This document shows, in pieces, positions 52,868 to 64,000 of a DNA stretch of 64,000 nt. Under the pieces are notes generated by a model. The model was given only the letters and a program-made list of their open reading frames with translations, was not told where the DNA came from and searched no databases. Location: assembly GCA_951406725.2 (NCBI GenBank), contig OX597823.1, positions 44,082,001 through 44,146,000 on the forward strand. Direction: 5' to 3'. Source of the stretch: Octopus vulgaris (taxonomy: Eukaryota). Position 1 is the stretch's first letter. The number at the start of each line of letters is the position of its first letter. A program made the position numbers and the translations under genes.

Positions 52868-53952
52868 CAGAGTATTCAGGTCAAATTTAACAACTTTTTT
52901 ATGTCTCCTTTCTTTATGAAATTACTGGCCAAAATCAACTAAAAGTTAAAACAGACTTGTTATTAAATATAATGAAAACTACTAAGATATTAATTACTTT
53001 GTTTTCTATGACTAAAACTCTTTAACTTCATTTCATCCGTCATGTCAGTATATTTATTTATCCATATGTATTATTGAATTTGGTAGTTGAGCAATTAATT
53101 TCAATAGTTAGTACAGCAGGCTTAGATTAAGTGAACAGTCAGTGACATTGGAGAGCATAAAGATTAAAGTTGTAGGTGAAAAAAAGCTGGAAACCAGCTG
53201 AATATCAGAAAAGAGTTACCTGCATCATGATGATTTGCTCCAGGTATTATAATGCTGACACATGACTTTTTCTCAGTGCTCTGTGAACACTGTAAAGGCT
53301 ATAAAATGTGACATGGACAGCTACAATGGAGACTATGAAACCTTGGCTAGCCGGATTGTGAATGTCTTTAAGTGTGTCTCCAGTGAGGGTGACATCATGC
53401 TGCTCTACATCTTTAAACAGAGCCTTAGGCTTAATTCAGATGGCTTTGTGAAGCTGCTGGAGACTGTGGTCTAGCCCTGGCTGAAGAGGGTTGCTGCTGG
53501 AAGACTGTATATGTGACGGTAGGGATTGGCTCCTTGCCATACATCCAGAAAGAATAAGAAGTAGTTATTGGAGAATTTCTACAACTTCACCAGCCCTAGT
53601 TTCTGGTCTCTTAATTCTCCCAATTGTAATCTCATGAATTACTAGGCATGGGGTACAATTGAGAAAGACACCAACTTTTCTTCCTGCAATACCAATGTCA
53701 AACTAGCAGCCCAGATCAAGAAGGTGCTCGTAGATCTTCCCAAGGACACAGCAAGGAATGCATGTGTCAGGTTCTGAAGCTATCATGAAGCTATGGTAGA
53801 AGCTAAAGGTGGCTGCTATGAGTAAACAGTTGTCTCTCAACCATAATCTAATTGATATTGTTTGATTTTTTTTTAATACTTTTACTTCTGGATAGGATAT
53901 TGTGCTTGATTTTCCTTTTATGGAAACTGTCAAATTTTGCTTGAACACCATG
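52868..53952 (+). mobile_element. DD37D (maT-like) element carrying a captured host fragment
   Basis: TA-flanked imperfect TIRs (cagagtattcaggtcaaatttaacaact / aactgtcaaattttgcttgaacaccatg). Body similar to 95-1295. 52914-53131 copies 52317-52534. Confidence 0.85.
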
Positions 53953-54619
53953 TATATGTCCAATTTTGGAACCAGCTTAAGATATGCTGTCTACATTTAA
54001 AAAGCAACAATAGAGTTAACATGTTTGATGCAGGAAACATTAAAAAGGTTAACTAGAAATAATTATGTAGTGAAGAAAAGACATTAGTCAATGACTAATG
54101 ATATTTTGATTATTTTGATAAGTATGGGAGAAGATACATTTTAGTCTTAATTGACCGCTTTTGCAAAACAAGTATTATAGGTGTAGAAAGAGTTAAAGAG
54201 AGAATAAGCTGCATAAAATGGACTTGGTTTGCATAAGAATTAATATTCATTTGTACGTATTAGATATAAGGTAGAAACATAAGTAAAAACAGAAAAATAT
54301 TACAATTTTGATGGTAAATATTTGCTGTGGCTATAAAGATGAAAAAATAGTGCTCAGAGGTTTATTATTGCATGTAAGGATACTGAAAAATAAAAATGTA
54401 GGGGAGATAAGTGAGCTGGGAATGAAAAATAGAAAAATATAAGAGGTTTTAAATTACATATATTGATATGTAACTATGTTTAAGTATAAATAAAATTATG
54501 AGTTAAGGAACTAGCTTGGCATAATGCGAGAGGGATATATAGTGGTATTAGGTTAGTAATTAATATTCAAGTAATAGAAGAGTATTGAAGAGTATTAAAG
54601 GATGAAATTTAATTCAATC

Positions 54620-54671
<52 letters not shown>

Positions 54672-54807
54672 AAGCTATGCTTTTCTGTCCAGCTGCCACT
54701 GAGGCCCTGTCCAAGTTATTTACCAGTTGAGATTATATTTATTTCTTTCGGGTTTTTTTCCTTTTCAGTTCAGTTCAGCTGTCTCTGTATTTGTATATCA
54801 ATTAATA

Positions 54808-56073
54808 TGAGAGTCAGCTGAAAAGTTCATAAGCTAACAAGATGCACTAATGGAATGAGACAAAATGGGATTTATTTTTAAACATAGTCCCCTTTGCAAT
54901 CCACATACTTCTTCCATTGGTATTGCAGAGCTTCAATCCCATTGGTGAAGAAGCTTTCATCTTATTGGTCAAAAAAGTCATCAAGTGCAGATATGACATC
55001 ATCATCACTGCAATACTGGTTCCCAGCCAAGTATTTTTCACATTGGGGAACAGGTGATAGTCAGATGGGGCCAAATCAGGAGAGTAAGGAAGGGGATTAA
55101 CCAATTCAAAGCCACAATCACACACAGCAGCCAAAGACTTGTGTGTTGGAGCATTGTCCTGATGAAAAAGACTTTCTTTGTCAGTTTTCTTGAGTGTTTG
55201 GTCTTGAAAGCCTTTTGTAACTGCTTCAGCAAGTTTGCATAGTACTCTCCATTGATGGGGTGGCTCTTTTGCATCCCCAAAATTTTGCATCGCAAAAAAC
55301 TGAAGCCATCACCTTTCTTGCCAATCAAAGGACCTTGGCCTTTTTTAGAGGAGGTGAGGAGGGGTGTGTCCACTGCACTGATTGTCTCTTTGTTTGTGGC
55401 TCAAAGTGGTGAACCTAATATTCATCCTGGCTTAGAAAACATTCAAGGAAACCAGCTGGATCTACTTCAAACAATGTCAGATTTTCCCATGATGTAATTA
55501 GTTTGGTACACTTTTGGTCAGGTGTCAGAAGAGATGGCACTCACCAAGCAAAAACCTTCATCATTCAAAGTTCACCGTGTAGAATATTCTCAACTTTCTC
55601 ACAGGATGTGCTAATAGCATTGGCTATTTGGTTTATAGTCAATTGCCTTCTTCCACCACCATGTGAACGTAATCAATATTTTTCTTCATGATGGCAGTTG
55701 CAAGACATCCAGACGTTAGGTCAGCTTCCAGACCCCCATTCCCCTCCTAAATTCAGTTACCCACTTCTCCACTGTTGCTAAACCTACCTGGAGTATCATC
55801 CACTAATGTAGCAACCATGTCAGCATGAATATCCCTAGGGGTTGAACCCTGTTTTTTTCAGGTACTTAATAATATCACAGTGCCAAATTTTGTCCATTTT
55901 CAAGAGAAGTCGCTACCAGTTACTTTTGAAGAGTTCTTTGAACAGTCAGATGTTAGTTTACCTGGAAAGAAATAATGCAGTTAATAAGAAGGGGTGAAAT
56001 TAATGCATGCAAGCTTTCACAACTCTAGCACCACTCATTCATAGCCAGTCCATGATCTTTTCAGACCACCTCC
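54808..56073 (-). mobile_element. Degenerate mariner (DD34D), near full length
   Basis: FHQDNAP and PYSPDLAPSDYHLFP. TIR-like ends ctgaaaagttcat and atgatcttttcag. Confidence 0.9.
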
Positions 56074-56749
56074 ACATATCACTCTATCTGCATATCTATT
56101 GAGATATTTCTAGAATCACCTATGTGCTTATCTATCTATCTGTCTCTTTATTTATTTATTTTGTTATTTTCCCATTTGCCAATGTATGTATTTGTTTGCC
56201 TTCATAATGCTTGTAAGCATTAAAAGTTTAATAATAAAAATGAAATGAATAATGGTGGTGTCCCAGCATGGCCACAGCCTCTGGTGGTCTTGAACACATA
56301 AAAGGTAAAGGTGTATCATCCACAGCTATTTGCTAACTAAAGTTACTTCATTTAAATCTAACTGCCAATATCTTTTAATGCATAAATTTAGAGATCTTCA
56401 TCACATTATTTCATTATATTGAACATTTCAGTTGCACCCACAAACTTGAACCCACAAATGCAGAATGATATAGACCCCCTCTCTCTCTCTCAACCTCTTG
56501 TGTTTTCACTTTCTATTTTTTCATATTGATTCCACTACTTTAATTTCATTCTTTGTCTCTCCTTCCCCACCTTCTCTCTTCATATATTTCTCCATTTGAG
56601 TTATTATCTCCCTTGGTGTAAGTGTAACACACAGACAAAATTGACAGCCTGCAGGAACACATAGATTGCTAATATAGATATTGTACACTTACATAATGAT
56701 TTTCTCTCTACTTTAACATGATTAATTTTAACATGATTAATATTGTCCA

Positions 56750-56960
56750 GGTGGTGAACTAACAGAATCATTAGCACTCAAGGCAAATTGCTTGGCAGCA
56801 TTTCGTCCATCTTTGTGCTCTGAGTTCAAATTCTGCAGAAGTTGACTTTGCCTTTCATTCTTTCAGGATCAATAAAATAAGTACCTGTTTGGTACTGAGG
56901 TCGGTGTAATTGACTTAACCCTGCTCTGAAATTGCTGGCCTTGGGCCAAAATTTGAAATC
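56750..56960 (+). mobile_element. Old Meta/MESC-like SINE
   Basis: CpG-decayed family match. Confidence 0.75.
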
Positions 56961-57636
56961 AATATTGTCCATTTCTCACTGTCTTTCTAGTTAACTTTTT
57001 AATGTTCCCAGTGAACTATTAATAAAATGACTTCGTCATCAGCTTCAAAGAAATTTCAGTCATGTTGAAGGTGAACCATTAGAAGGCTTAGAACATGTGT
57101 TTTACTTAAATGTTATGTTATATATAAAAGTTGATAATTGACTTTATAATATCAAGAAAATGTATGACATCTTAATTTAGTAGAAAGATTTCAAAAATTT
57201 TGAAATACTTTACAAAAATCCAGTTGCAGTAGTGGAAAATTTTTTTCACGTTTAAATGGCTTTTTGCTTATTTAAAATATATTTATCTCTTAAGGTTTTG
57301 TAAAAATTCTGGAATAATTTTTATAAAAACCTATTTTGATCTTTCCATGAGATTTTTTCTCATCTGAAAGATTTCATATTCTTGTTAATGGAACATAAGT
57401 TGTTCCTCTTAAATACCGGTTCTCTCAAAAATTGTACAGGTATAGTGAGTTGGCTGAACTAAATAGAACTAAATATCATGTGATCACACTTTGCAAGGGA
57501 CAAGATTTATAAAATAAGCATCTGTAATATGCTGTTGTCAAGCCAATTAAATATCCTTGTGTCTAGTCAAAAAATATCTATATATATAATATGACCAGTA
57601 ATAGAAATATAGATTTTTGATATCTTTATTTTTCAG

Positions 57637-57785
57637 CAAATAAATGGATAAGTATTGGAGGTGTTTCTGGAAGTCCCATTCGTTTTACCTTGGAAGAAAT
57701 AGGTGGAAAACCAGGCGTGAACCATACCTATGACTATCATTCATTTTTTGCAAGTATTCAAGACAATTCAGAGACTGTTTTTGAG
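57637..57785 (+). CDS. Coding exon 5, ependymin/LolA-like repeat protein
   Basis: tttatttttcag acceptor, GAG|gtaagt donor. 149 nt, phase 1/0: ANKWISIGGVSGSPIRFTLEEIGGKPGVNHTYDYHSFFASIQDNSETVFE. Confidence 0.85.
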
Positions 57786-60399
57786 GTAAGTATTACAAAA
57801 ATATTTTAATATGATTTCTGGAACATATCTCCTAATTATTAATGTCAGTAGTAACAATGTGATTGTTTCTCTGCTGGACATCTTCTTCTACTAATATGTA
57901 CATATAAACAAGTTACTGTTTCTCCAAGCACTCTTCTTTAAACCCAGTACTAAAGCTCACTCTGGGATATTTTAGCTATCACTGCATTTATAATTAAATT
58001 AAATTCACTGGATACCTGAGACAGTCATAGATGGTGGTCATATTTACTATATAGCCTTACCATAAAGAGTAAAAAAGAGATTGACTGAATAATACTGTTT
58101 CTAGTTTATTAAACTTCATCAGCAACCTCTGCATAATTGCATGATTGAAGAATCTGCTGTTACACCTATAACTAAATCAAATAGACTAAATTGTGTATTA
58201 GGTACATCTAATCATTTTAAAAATTAATTAGTGAATGCAGTAATGGCTAAAAATTTTGAGTAAATCCCATGTGTAATTTTAATATGGAAAATAAAAACTA
58301 TTGTCACATCCATAACAAAGATGTAACAGAACTAACAGTTGAAAGTCTGTGTAATATTCAAATTAGCTTGCCTAATTTAAACTTAATAACAGTAGCTTCA
58401 AGTACAATTTCACAGTGGACATAAAATATAGGGTATCTGATTGTCAAAGGTTAATAAACTAGAAACAGCAGCATCAAATCAATTCCTCTTTTATTGTGCA
58501 TGGTGAGGTTGTAGAGTAAACACGACAGCTATCTATCACTGTTTTAATGTATCTAATGATGTTAATTTATTTAATTAATTTATGGAAGCAATATATATAT
58601 TTTGGTATATTTCATAGTTAACTTTAATTGAAAATAAACATTGTAGGCACATCAGTAATTTAAACTGAGTGTTTATATTTCTTTATCCTACATCATCATT
58701 ACTTTCCCCAATCAGTCATCTGATCAGTGCTTAATCAAGGCATCGTTTTACTGCTCAACAACTTCTGTCCCAAAACTTCAGTGCATCTACACTTAACACA
58801 CAAACTTCATTACTCTTATGCTCCTAAATATTTCACTAACAGCTGTGTTGTATCTGTACAGTGTATACAGTCACAATGCACACAATACTCAGCTGAGATG
58901 CTTTCACACACAACAATACTAAGGAGAAAAAATGTTGTTTTCGTGTAGTGCACAACATGAAAACTTTCTCACAAATTTCTCCAAATTGCATCAGCAACTT
59001 CTGGTCCTTTGCCTAAAAGATCTCCCCAACCATCAGTTAAGACAGCTTTGTAAACAACTTCTACTAAAATCCTGAGTTTGCTGCCCATTTTGCCTTTTAT
59101 ACCACATGGTTCACATTCTCTACAAAACTAAGCAATAAATATTTCAGCTCTGACTGTCTCACTCCACTACATGTGTAATCATTAAGTTCAGAATTCTATT
59201 TATTTGAGTTAACAAAGAAATCATTTCTAATATTTTCCTCCCATTGTTCTCAAGGGGTATGCTTTAGAACAAGTGTCTATTCTCATGACAGCTGATATTG
59301 GTGTGTTTACATACCCATAACTACAACTAAAATTCTTCAAAGCAATGCCCCAGCATGGCCACACTCTAATGACAGAAACAAGTAAGAGACACCATATATC
59401 TATACATTGAATGTTTCTTGAGTTAAAGTTTTTTTTATTTTTGGTTATATATATGTAAGCATACATGTGCAAGAGCAAGAGAGAGAGAGAGTGTGTGGGA
59501 GTGAGACATGTCTGCTAACGGTTATATATAAACCATTACTACCTTTCTCATGATTGGGCCACCATAGACTTAACTGGCTGCTCCACATAGAAATCTTTAC
59601 CCAAGTTTAGGAAGGTGTATGAACATCCTACTGTACCAAAAGCAAACCTTCAAAATGACAGGGAAATCCCTTGTTGATCAACAACCAGTCACTGCAGCTG
59701 TTTTCACTCACAATTGTTGATGCTTTCTTGCCAATGGAATCAAGTGTGTAGTCTATGGAAGGTTTGCTTAACTACACTGCTCTCCCAGTTGTGATGCAGT
59801 AGTATGGATAGGTGAAGCTCTTCTCAGTTTTTCCTGATAGAATTTTGTCATTAAGTAATGTTGATATTTTAGTACATGTTGATTTCTAAAACGTGAAGTT
59901 AAATCAGTGATCAGTGCATGGAACATCCACTATACTTTCATTCACACAGATTAGTTCTCTGAGCAACTAACACAATTCAATTTCTTTCATTCCATTTAAG
60001 TATATGGTTGCTGATGGAAATATATTTGTTTTTGATCTTAACTCAGTTCAGCATAACTCAGGATTCAAACTTCTTTAAACAACAAACAGGCAGGAGATCT
60101 TTCAGTATTGCATCAGATGTGTCTTGCCAATGAAATACTAACAGATTTGTAGTTTTGACACACAGAAAGTGCAGTATCAGCAGGAGCAGTCACTAATCTC
60201 TAATCTACACAAATACATCTTCAGTTGTGATGGCACGAACATAGTGTTCTTGGTCATTTATGAAAATGAAAATGAACAACCAACCAGTTATCTAGTTCAA
60301 ATATGAATTCACACACATACTTACAAGTATATACACATCCACATACATGCATATAGATACATAACCAAGGACATAACCACATAAATATACTATATATAT

Positions 60400-60557
60400 A
60401 GGCGCAGGAGTGGCTGTGTGATAAGTAGCTTGCTTACCAACCACATGGTTCCGGGTTTAGTCCCACTGCATGGCACCTTGGGCAAGTGTCTTCTACTATA
60501 GCCTCGGGCCAACCAAAGCCTTGTGAGTGGATTTGGTAGATGGAAACTGAAAGAAGC

Positions 60558-60616
<59 letters not shown>

Positions 60617-60825
60617 GTATATATATGTGTTTATGTGTCTGTGTTTGTCCCCCCCCCAACATCGCTTGACAACCAATGCTGGTGTGTTTACGTCCCCTTA
60701 ACTTAGAGGTTCAACAATAGAGACCAATAGAATAAATACTAGGCTTACAAAGTATAAGTCCTGCAGTCGATTTGCATGGCCACAGTCAAATGACTGAAAC
60801 AAGTATAAGAGTAAAAGAGTAAAGA

Positions 60826-60828
<3 letters not shown>
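60400..60828 (+). mobile_element. tRNA-derived CORE-like SINE with internal (TA)n
   Basis: tRNA-like head, ggcaccttgggcaagt CORE-like motif, tail gtcaaatgactgaaacaagta...agagta. Confidence 0.9.
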
Positions 60829-60863
<35 letters not shown>

Positions 60864-61686
60864 CACACACACACACATGTAAATGAGTGTGTGTGTATGT
60901 TTGTATGTGTGTGTGTGTGTGTGTAGTATTTTGCCCATTACTGTAGTTTCACTTGCATAGATTTTTTTTCAAATATTATGCATTGAATTATGTGCATGTA
61001 TATGTCACCATTTTTAGGAATTCATACGGGTGAAACTGTACAGTAATGGATAAGTCACTAGCTGTTTGGTACATACATATTTACTCTACAAAAGTATTTA
61101 GTTCTCTCTGAGCTTTTTCTGTAATCATATGTAGTTAAGCATTTGAGTATATACATATATATCCATACACACACACACACACACATGTAAGCACATACAT
61201 ACACATATAAATACTTACAAATGTAGTATCGTTGATAAATGAAAGAACTACTTTTGTTGCTGACAATGTCAAACAATGATAACTAACGAGGGTCACTTAC
61301 AACAAAGAACAATCGAAGGAGCAGATTTAGCCTTAAATTGAATGACACAACAGTAACTTCATTGTTATGAAAATTATGGTAGCATGCACATAAACTGATT
61401 AAAGATAACCAAGGACAGAAAGTGACTGCAGCATGACCTTTTGATCAGTAGAATGCAACATGATTACAACAATGGCATCGCCAACAAGATATGAAGAAGT
61501 GACTTTTATCTGACCCAGATTTGACTGAAGTCTGGTTGAGGCAGTACAAGAAGGATAACAGGAGCTGAGAACATTAAAGGAGTCTCAATAATGTTATATC
61601 TTAGTTTAGGAAGAAATTAAATCTGAGGATATAAAGGAAACGATAATGTCATTGATGAGACCAAAGAAGGATTGGTTATTGCTTAA

Positions 61687-61906
61687 CCCTTTAGCATTTA
61701 AACCGACCATATCCGACCCAAATATTCTATCTGTTTTTCCTTCAAACTGGCTAGATCTGGCTTCTCACACTAACCCTACAGTGTCGTTCTAAAAGTAAAC
61801 ACTCACATCATTGAAATTTTGAAGTTATGAGATAATTCATGATAAATTCAAAGCATGGTGAATAAATAAACATTACATTTGCCAGACCAATCTGAACCCT
61901 AAAGGG
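61687..61906. mobile_element. piggyBac-like MITE
   Basis: TTAA|CCCTTTAG ... CTAAAGGG|TTAA. Confidence 0.85.
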
Positions 61907-62407
61907 TTAAGGAACATAGTTTTTGGCTGCAAGGCAAATGCTAACAGAACCAATTTAAAACTATCATGTAAGTTAAAGAAAAGCTGCCTGCTTTTGTGAA
62001 TTTGATAAATTGGGAGTGGAAGGACAGGCTGGAGAGGATGACTGGATGACCAGATGACCAGATGACCTTATACAAATGCAGCTGACTGATGGACAGTTAG
62101 ATCACCGTCATGCAATTTCCATAGATGATGTTAGCAGGTTGAGCCAAACATATTCAGCATTTTGAGATATTAAATGATTTTAATTCGGCTCCAATTAGTA
62201 ATAATAATGGTATCATAAAAGAATGACAGTTTCACATGTAGATATGAATCACGGAATTGCACTTATGTGCATGTGTTAAGTGATAGGTGATAAAAAAAAA
62301 ACTGAGTTCAATTAAAAAGAAATACACTTTTCACTATCCAATCACCACCACCACCACCTCCATCTCCATTACTACCACCACCACCATCATCTCTCTCCCC
62401 CCTCCCC

Positions 62408-62461
<54 letters not shown>

Positions 62462-62876
62462 CTTTAACCTCATCATCAGAACATCACCCCCTCTGCTAAA
62501 ATTATATTTTTAACTCTCCTCCTCTACCCTCAACTAACTTTTTTAACCTTGTAATAAATATTACGTTCCCCCTACCTCACATCATGGACGCTTCTCTTTC
62601 CCTCTTTTGCTTTCTCCTTTTTCTGTCTCACTCTTTGCCTTTGCCTCTTTTTCTCTCTCCTTTTTTCTTTTTCCTCTCTTTCTCTTCAACTAATCACATG
62701 AAAGTGTTACAATTACATTCCCGCTACCTCATATCATGGACACTTCTCTCTCCCTCTTTTTCTCCCTTTCTCTTTTCTTCTCTCCCTCTTTCCTTTCTCC
62801 CTCTTTTTCTCTAATCACATGAAAGCATTACTGATGGGCTAAGTAACACAATGACAAGCTGAATTATTATAATATG

Positions 62877-63791
62877 TACACATTATAAAGAGAAAAACAA
62901 TTAGTTTTAAATCTCTGAGTGAGAAATATGTAGTAACAGTTCTGTATAGTAAAGTCTGTTTGCCAACGTAAAACGGCAGTCCTGCTTAGGACGATGTTAC
63001 TATTGTTTAGCCCCAGGAAAACATCTTTTCCAGCTGACTACCAACACATCATCTGTGTCTGTATACAGTGAGCAAGGGAGTTAATGCTCCCCCTCCAACC
63101 TTAGTGTTATCTGCAGACCAATGGCTCCTGGGTTATTTTCCTTCCTCAGCACAGGACAATCGCTGGCTAGGAATAGCAGCCACTTGACCGCACTCACAAT
63201 ATATACTTTGAAAGTGACACACAGTCACTGACCTTGTAAAGAGAAAAACAGCTAGTTTTAAATCTCTGAGTGAGAAATATGTAGTAACAGAACTGCATAA
63301 TAAAGTCTATTTACCAACGTAAAGATGATGTGTTAATAGCCAACTGGAAAAGATGTTTTCCCAGGGCTAAACAGTAGTAATATCATCCTAAACAGGACTA
63401 CCACTTTACGTTGACAAATAGACTTTACTATGCAGTTCTGTTACTACATATTTCTTGCGCAGAGATTTAAAACTAGTCGTTTTTCTCTTTATGAAGTCAG
63501 TGATTATGTGTCACTTTCAAAGTATATATCGTGAGTGCAGTCAAGTGGCTGCAATCTCTAGCCAGCAATTGTTCTGCACCAAGGAAGAGAAATAACCCAG
63601 AAGCCATTGGTCTGCAGGTGTCACTAAGGTTGGAGGGGCAACATTAACTCCCTTGCTCACAGTATACGGACACAGATGATGTGTTGGTAGTCAGCTGGAA
63701 AAGATGTTTTCCTGGGACTAAACAGTAGTAACATCGTCCTAAGCAGGACTGCCACTTTGCATTGGCAAAAAGACGTTTATACACATTATAA
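62877..63791. mobile_element. TSD-flanked inverted (head-to-head) array of a 351-bp monomer
   Basis: Forward period 351 (62886 and 63237). Reverse-complement period 351 (63323 and 63674). 12-bp direct repeat TACACATTATAA at 62877-62888 and 63780-63791. Confidence 0.85.
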
Positions 63792-63868
63792 TAAATACAA
63801 AAATACATTAGAATATGAATTTAAGGAATTATTCAGAAATTAATTTGAAATTTTTAATTATATTTCAG

Positions 63869-63985
63869 TCACCAAAAGGAATTGTATGCAAAGATAGAAA
63901 AAGTAACATGAGCCTTCCAGATCTGCCACCAACAATTTCAGCAAGCATTGAGCTTACATCTGAGTCTCAAGTAAAAATTGTTGAT
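63869..63985 (+). CDS. Coding exon 6 (gene continues beyond window), linker and start of second repeat
   Basis: tatttcag acceptor, GAT|gtaagt donor. 117 nt, phase 0/0: SPKGIVCKDRKSNMSLPDLPPTISASIELTSESQVKIVD. Completes the F-x-x-P-x-G-x-x-C repeat-end motif. Confidence 0.85.
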
Positions 63986-64000
63986 GTAAGTATTGTGATT

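Noticed and set aside
58650-60250. Possible old transposon-derived sequence
   Set aside because: No motif, TIR or TSD could be identified with confidence.
62886-63780. Resemblance of the monomer to twister (GTCCTAAGC, GGAGGGG), hatchet (GTGAGAA...AGTAACA) or hammerhead (CAGATGA...GAAA) motifs
   Set aside because: The required helices and pseudoknots could not be built, and the matches are explained by simple local hairpins. It is also not a CRISPR array, as there are no unique spacers.

Overview
AT-rich, repeat-dominated animal genomic DNA. The SINE, LINE and microsatellite repertoire looks like an Octopus (coleoid cephalopod) genome; this is inferred from recalled repeat families. One host gene is supported, on the + strand, and is almost invisible in the ORF track. 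Six GT-AG coding exons (34894-34969, 38636-38839, 52209-52348, 52651-52753, 57637-57785, 63869-63985) splice in frame into 263 aa. The product has a signal peptide, one ependymin/LolA-like repeat and the start of a second, and continues past the window. CpG content drops at about 18.8 kb, suggesting the methylated gene body and first exon begin there. The rest is decayed mobile DNA: three tRNA-derived SINE families, RTE, CR1/L2, Tx1 and R4-like LINE fragments, DD37D (maT) and DD34D mariner remnants, hAT and piggyBac MITEs, two non-autonomous Helitrons, a solo LTR and many microsatellites. The most unusual items are: (1) a TSD-flanked, head-to-head insertion of a hairpin-rich 351-bp tandem monomer (62877-63791), resembling a retrozyme or circular-RNA retro-copy but with no recognisable ribozyme; (2) four hammerhead-ribozyme motifs in different repeats, one near-intact and one with type II topology; (3) a maT transposon carrying 218 bp copied from the neighbouring host exon/intron; (4) a SINE family whose 3' end rejoins its own internal sequence in independent copies.
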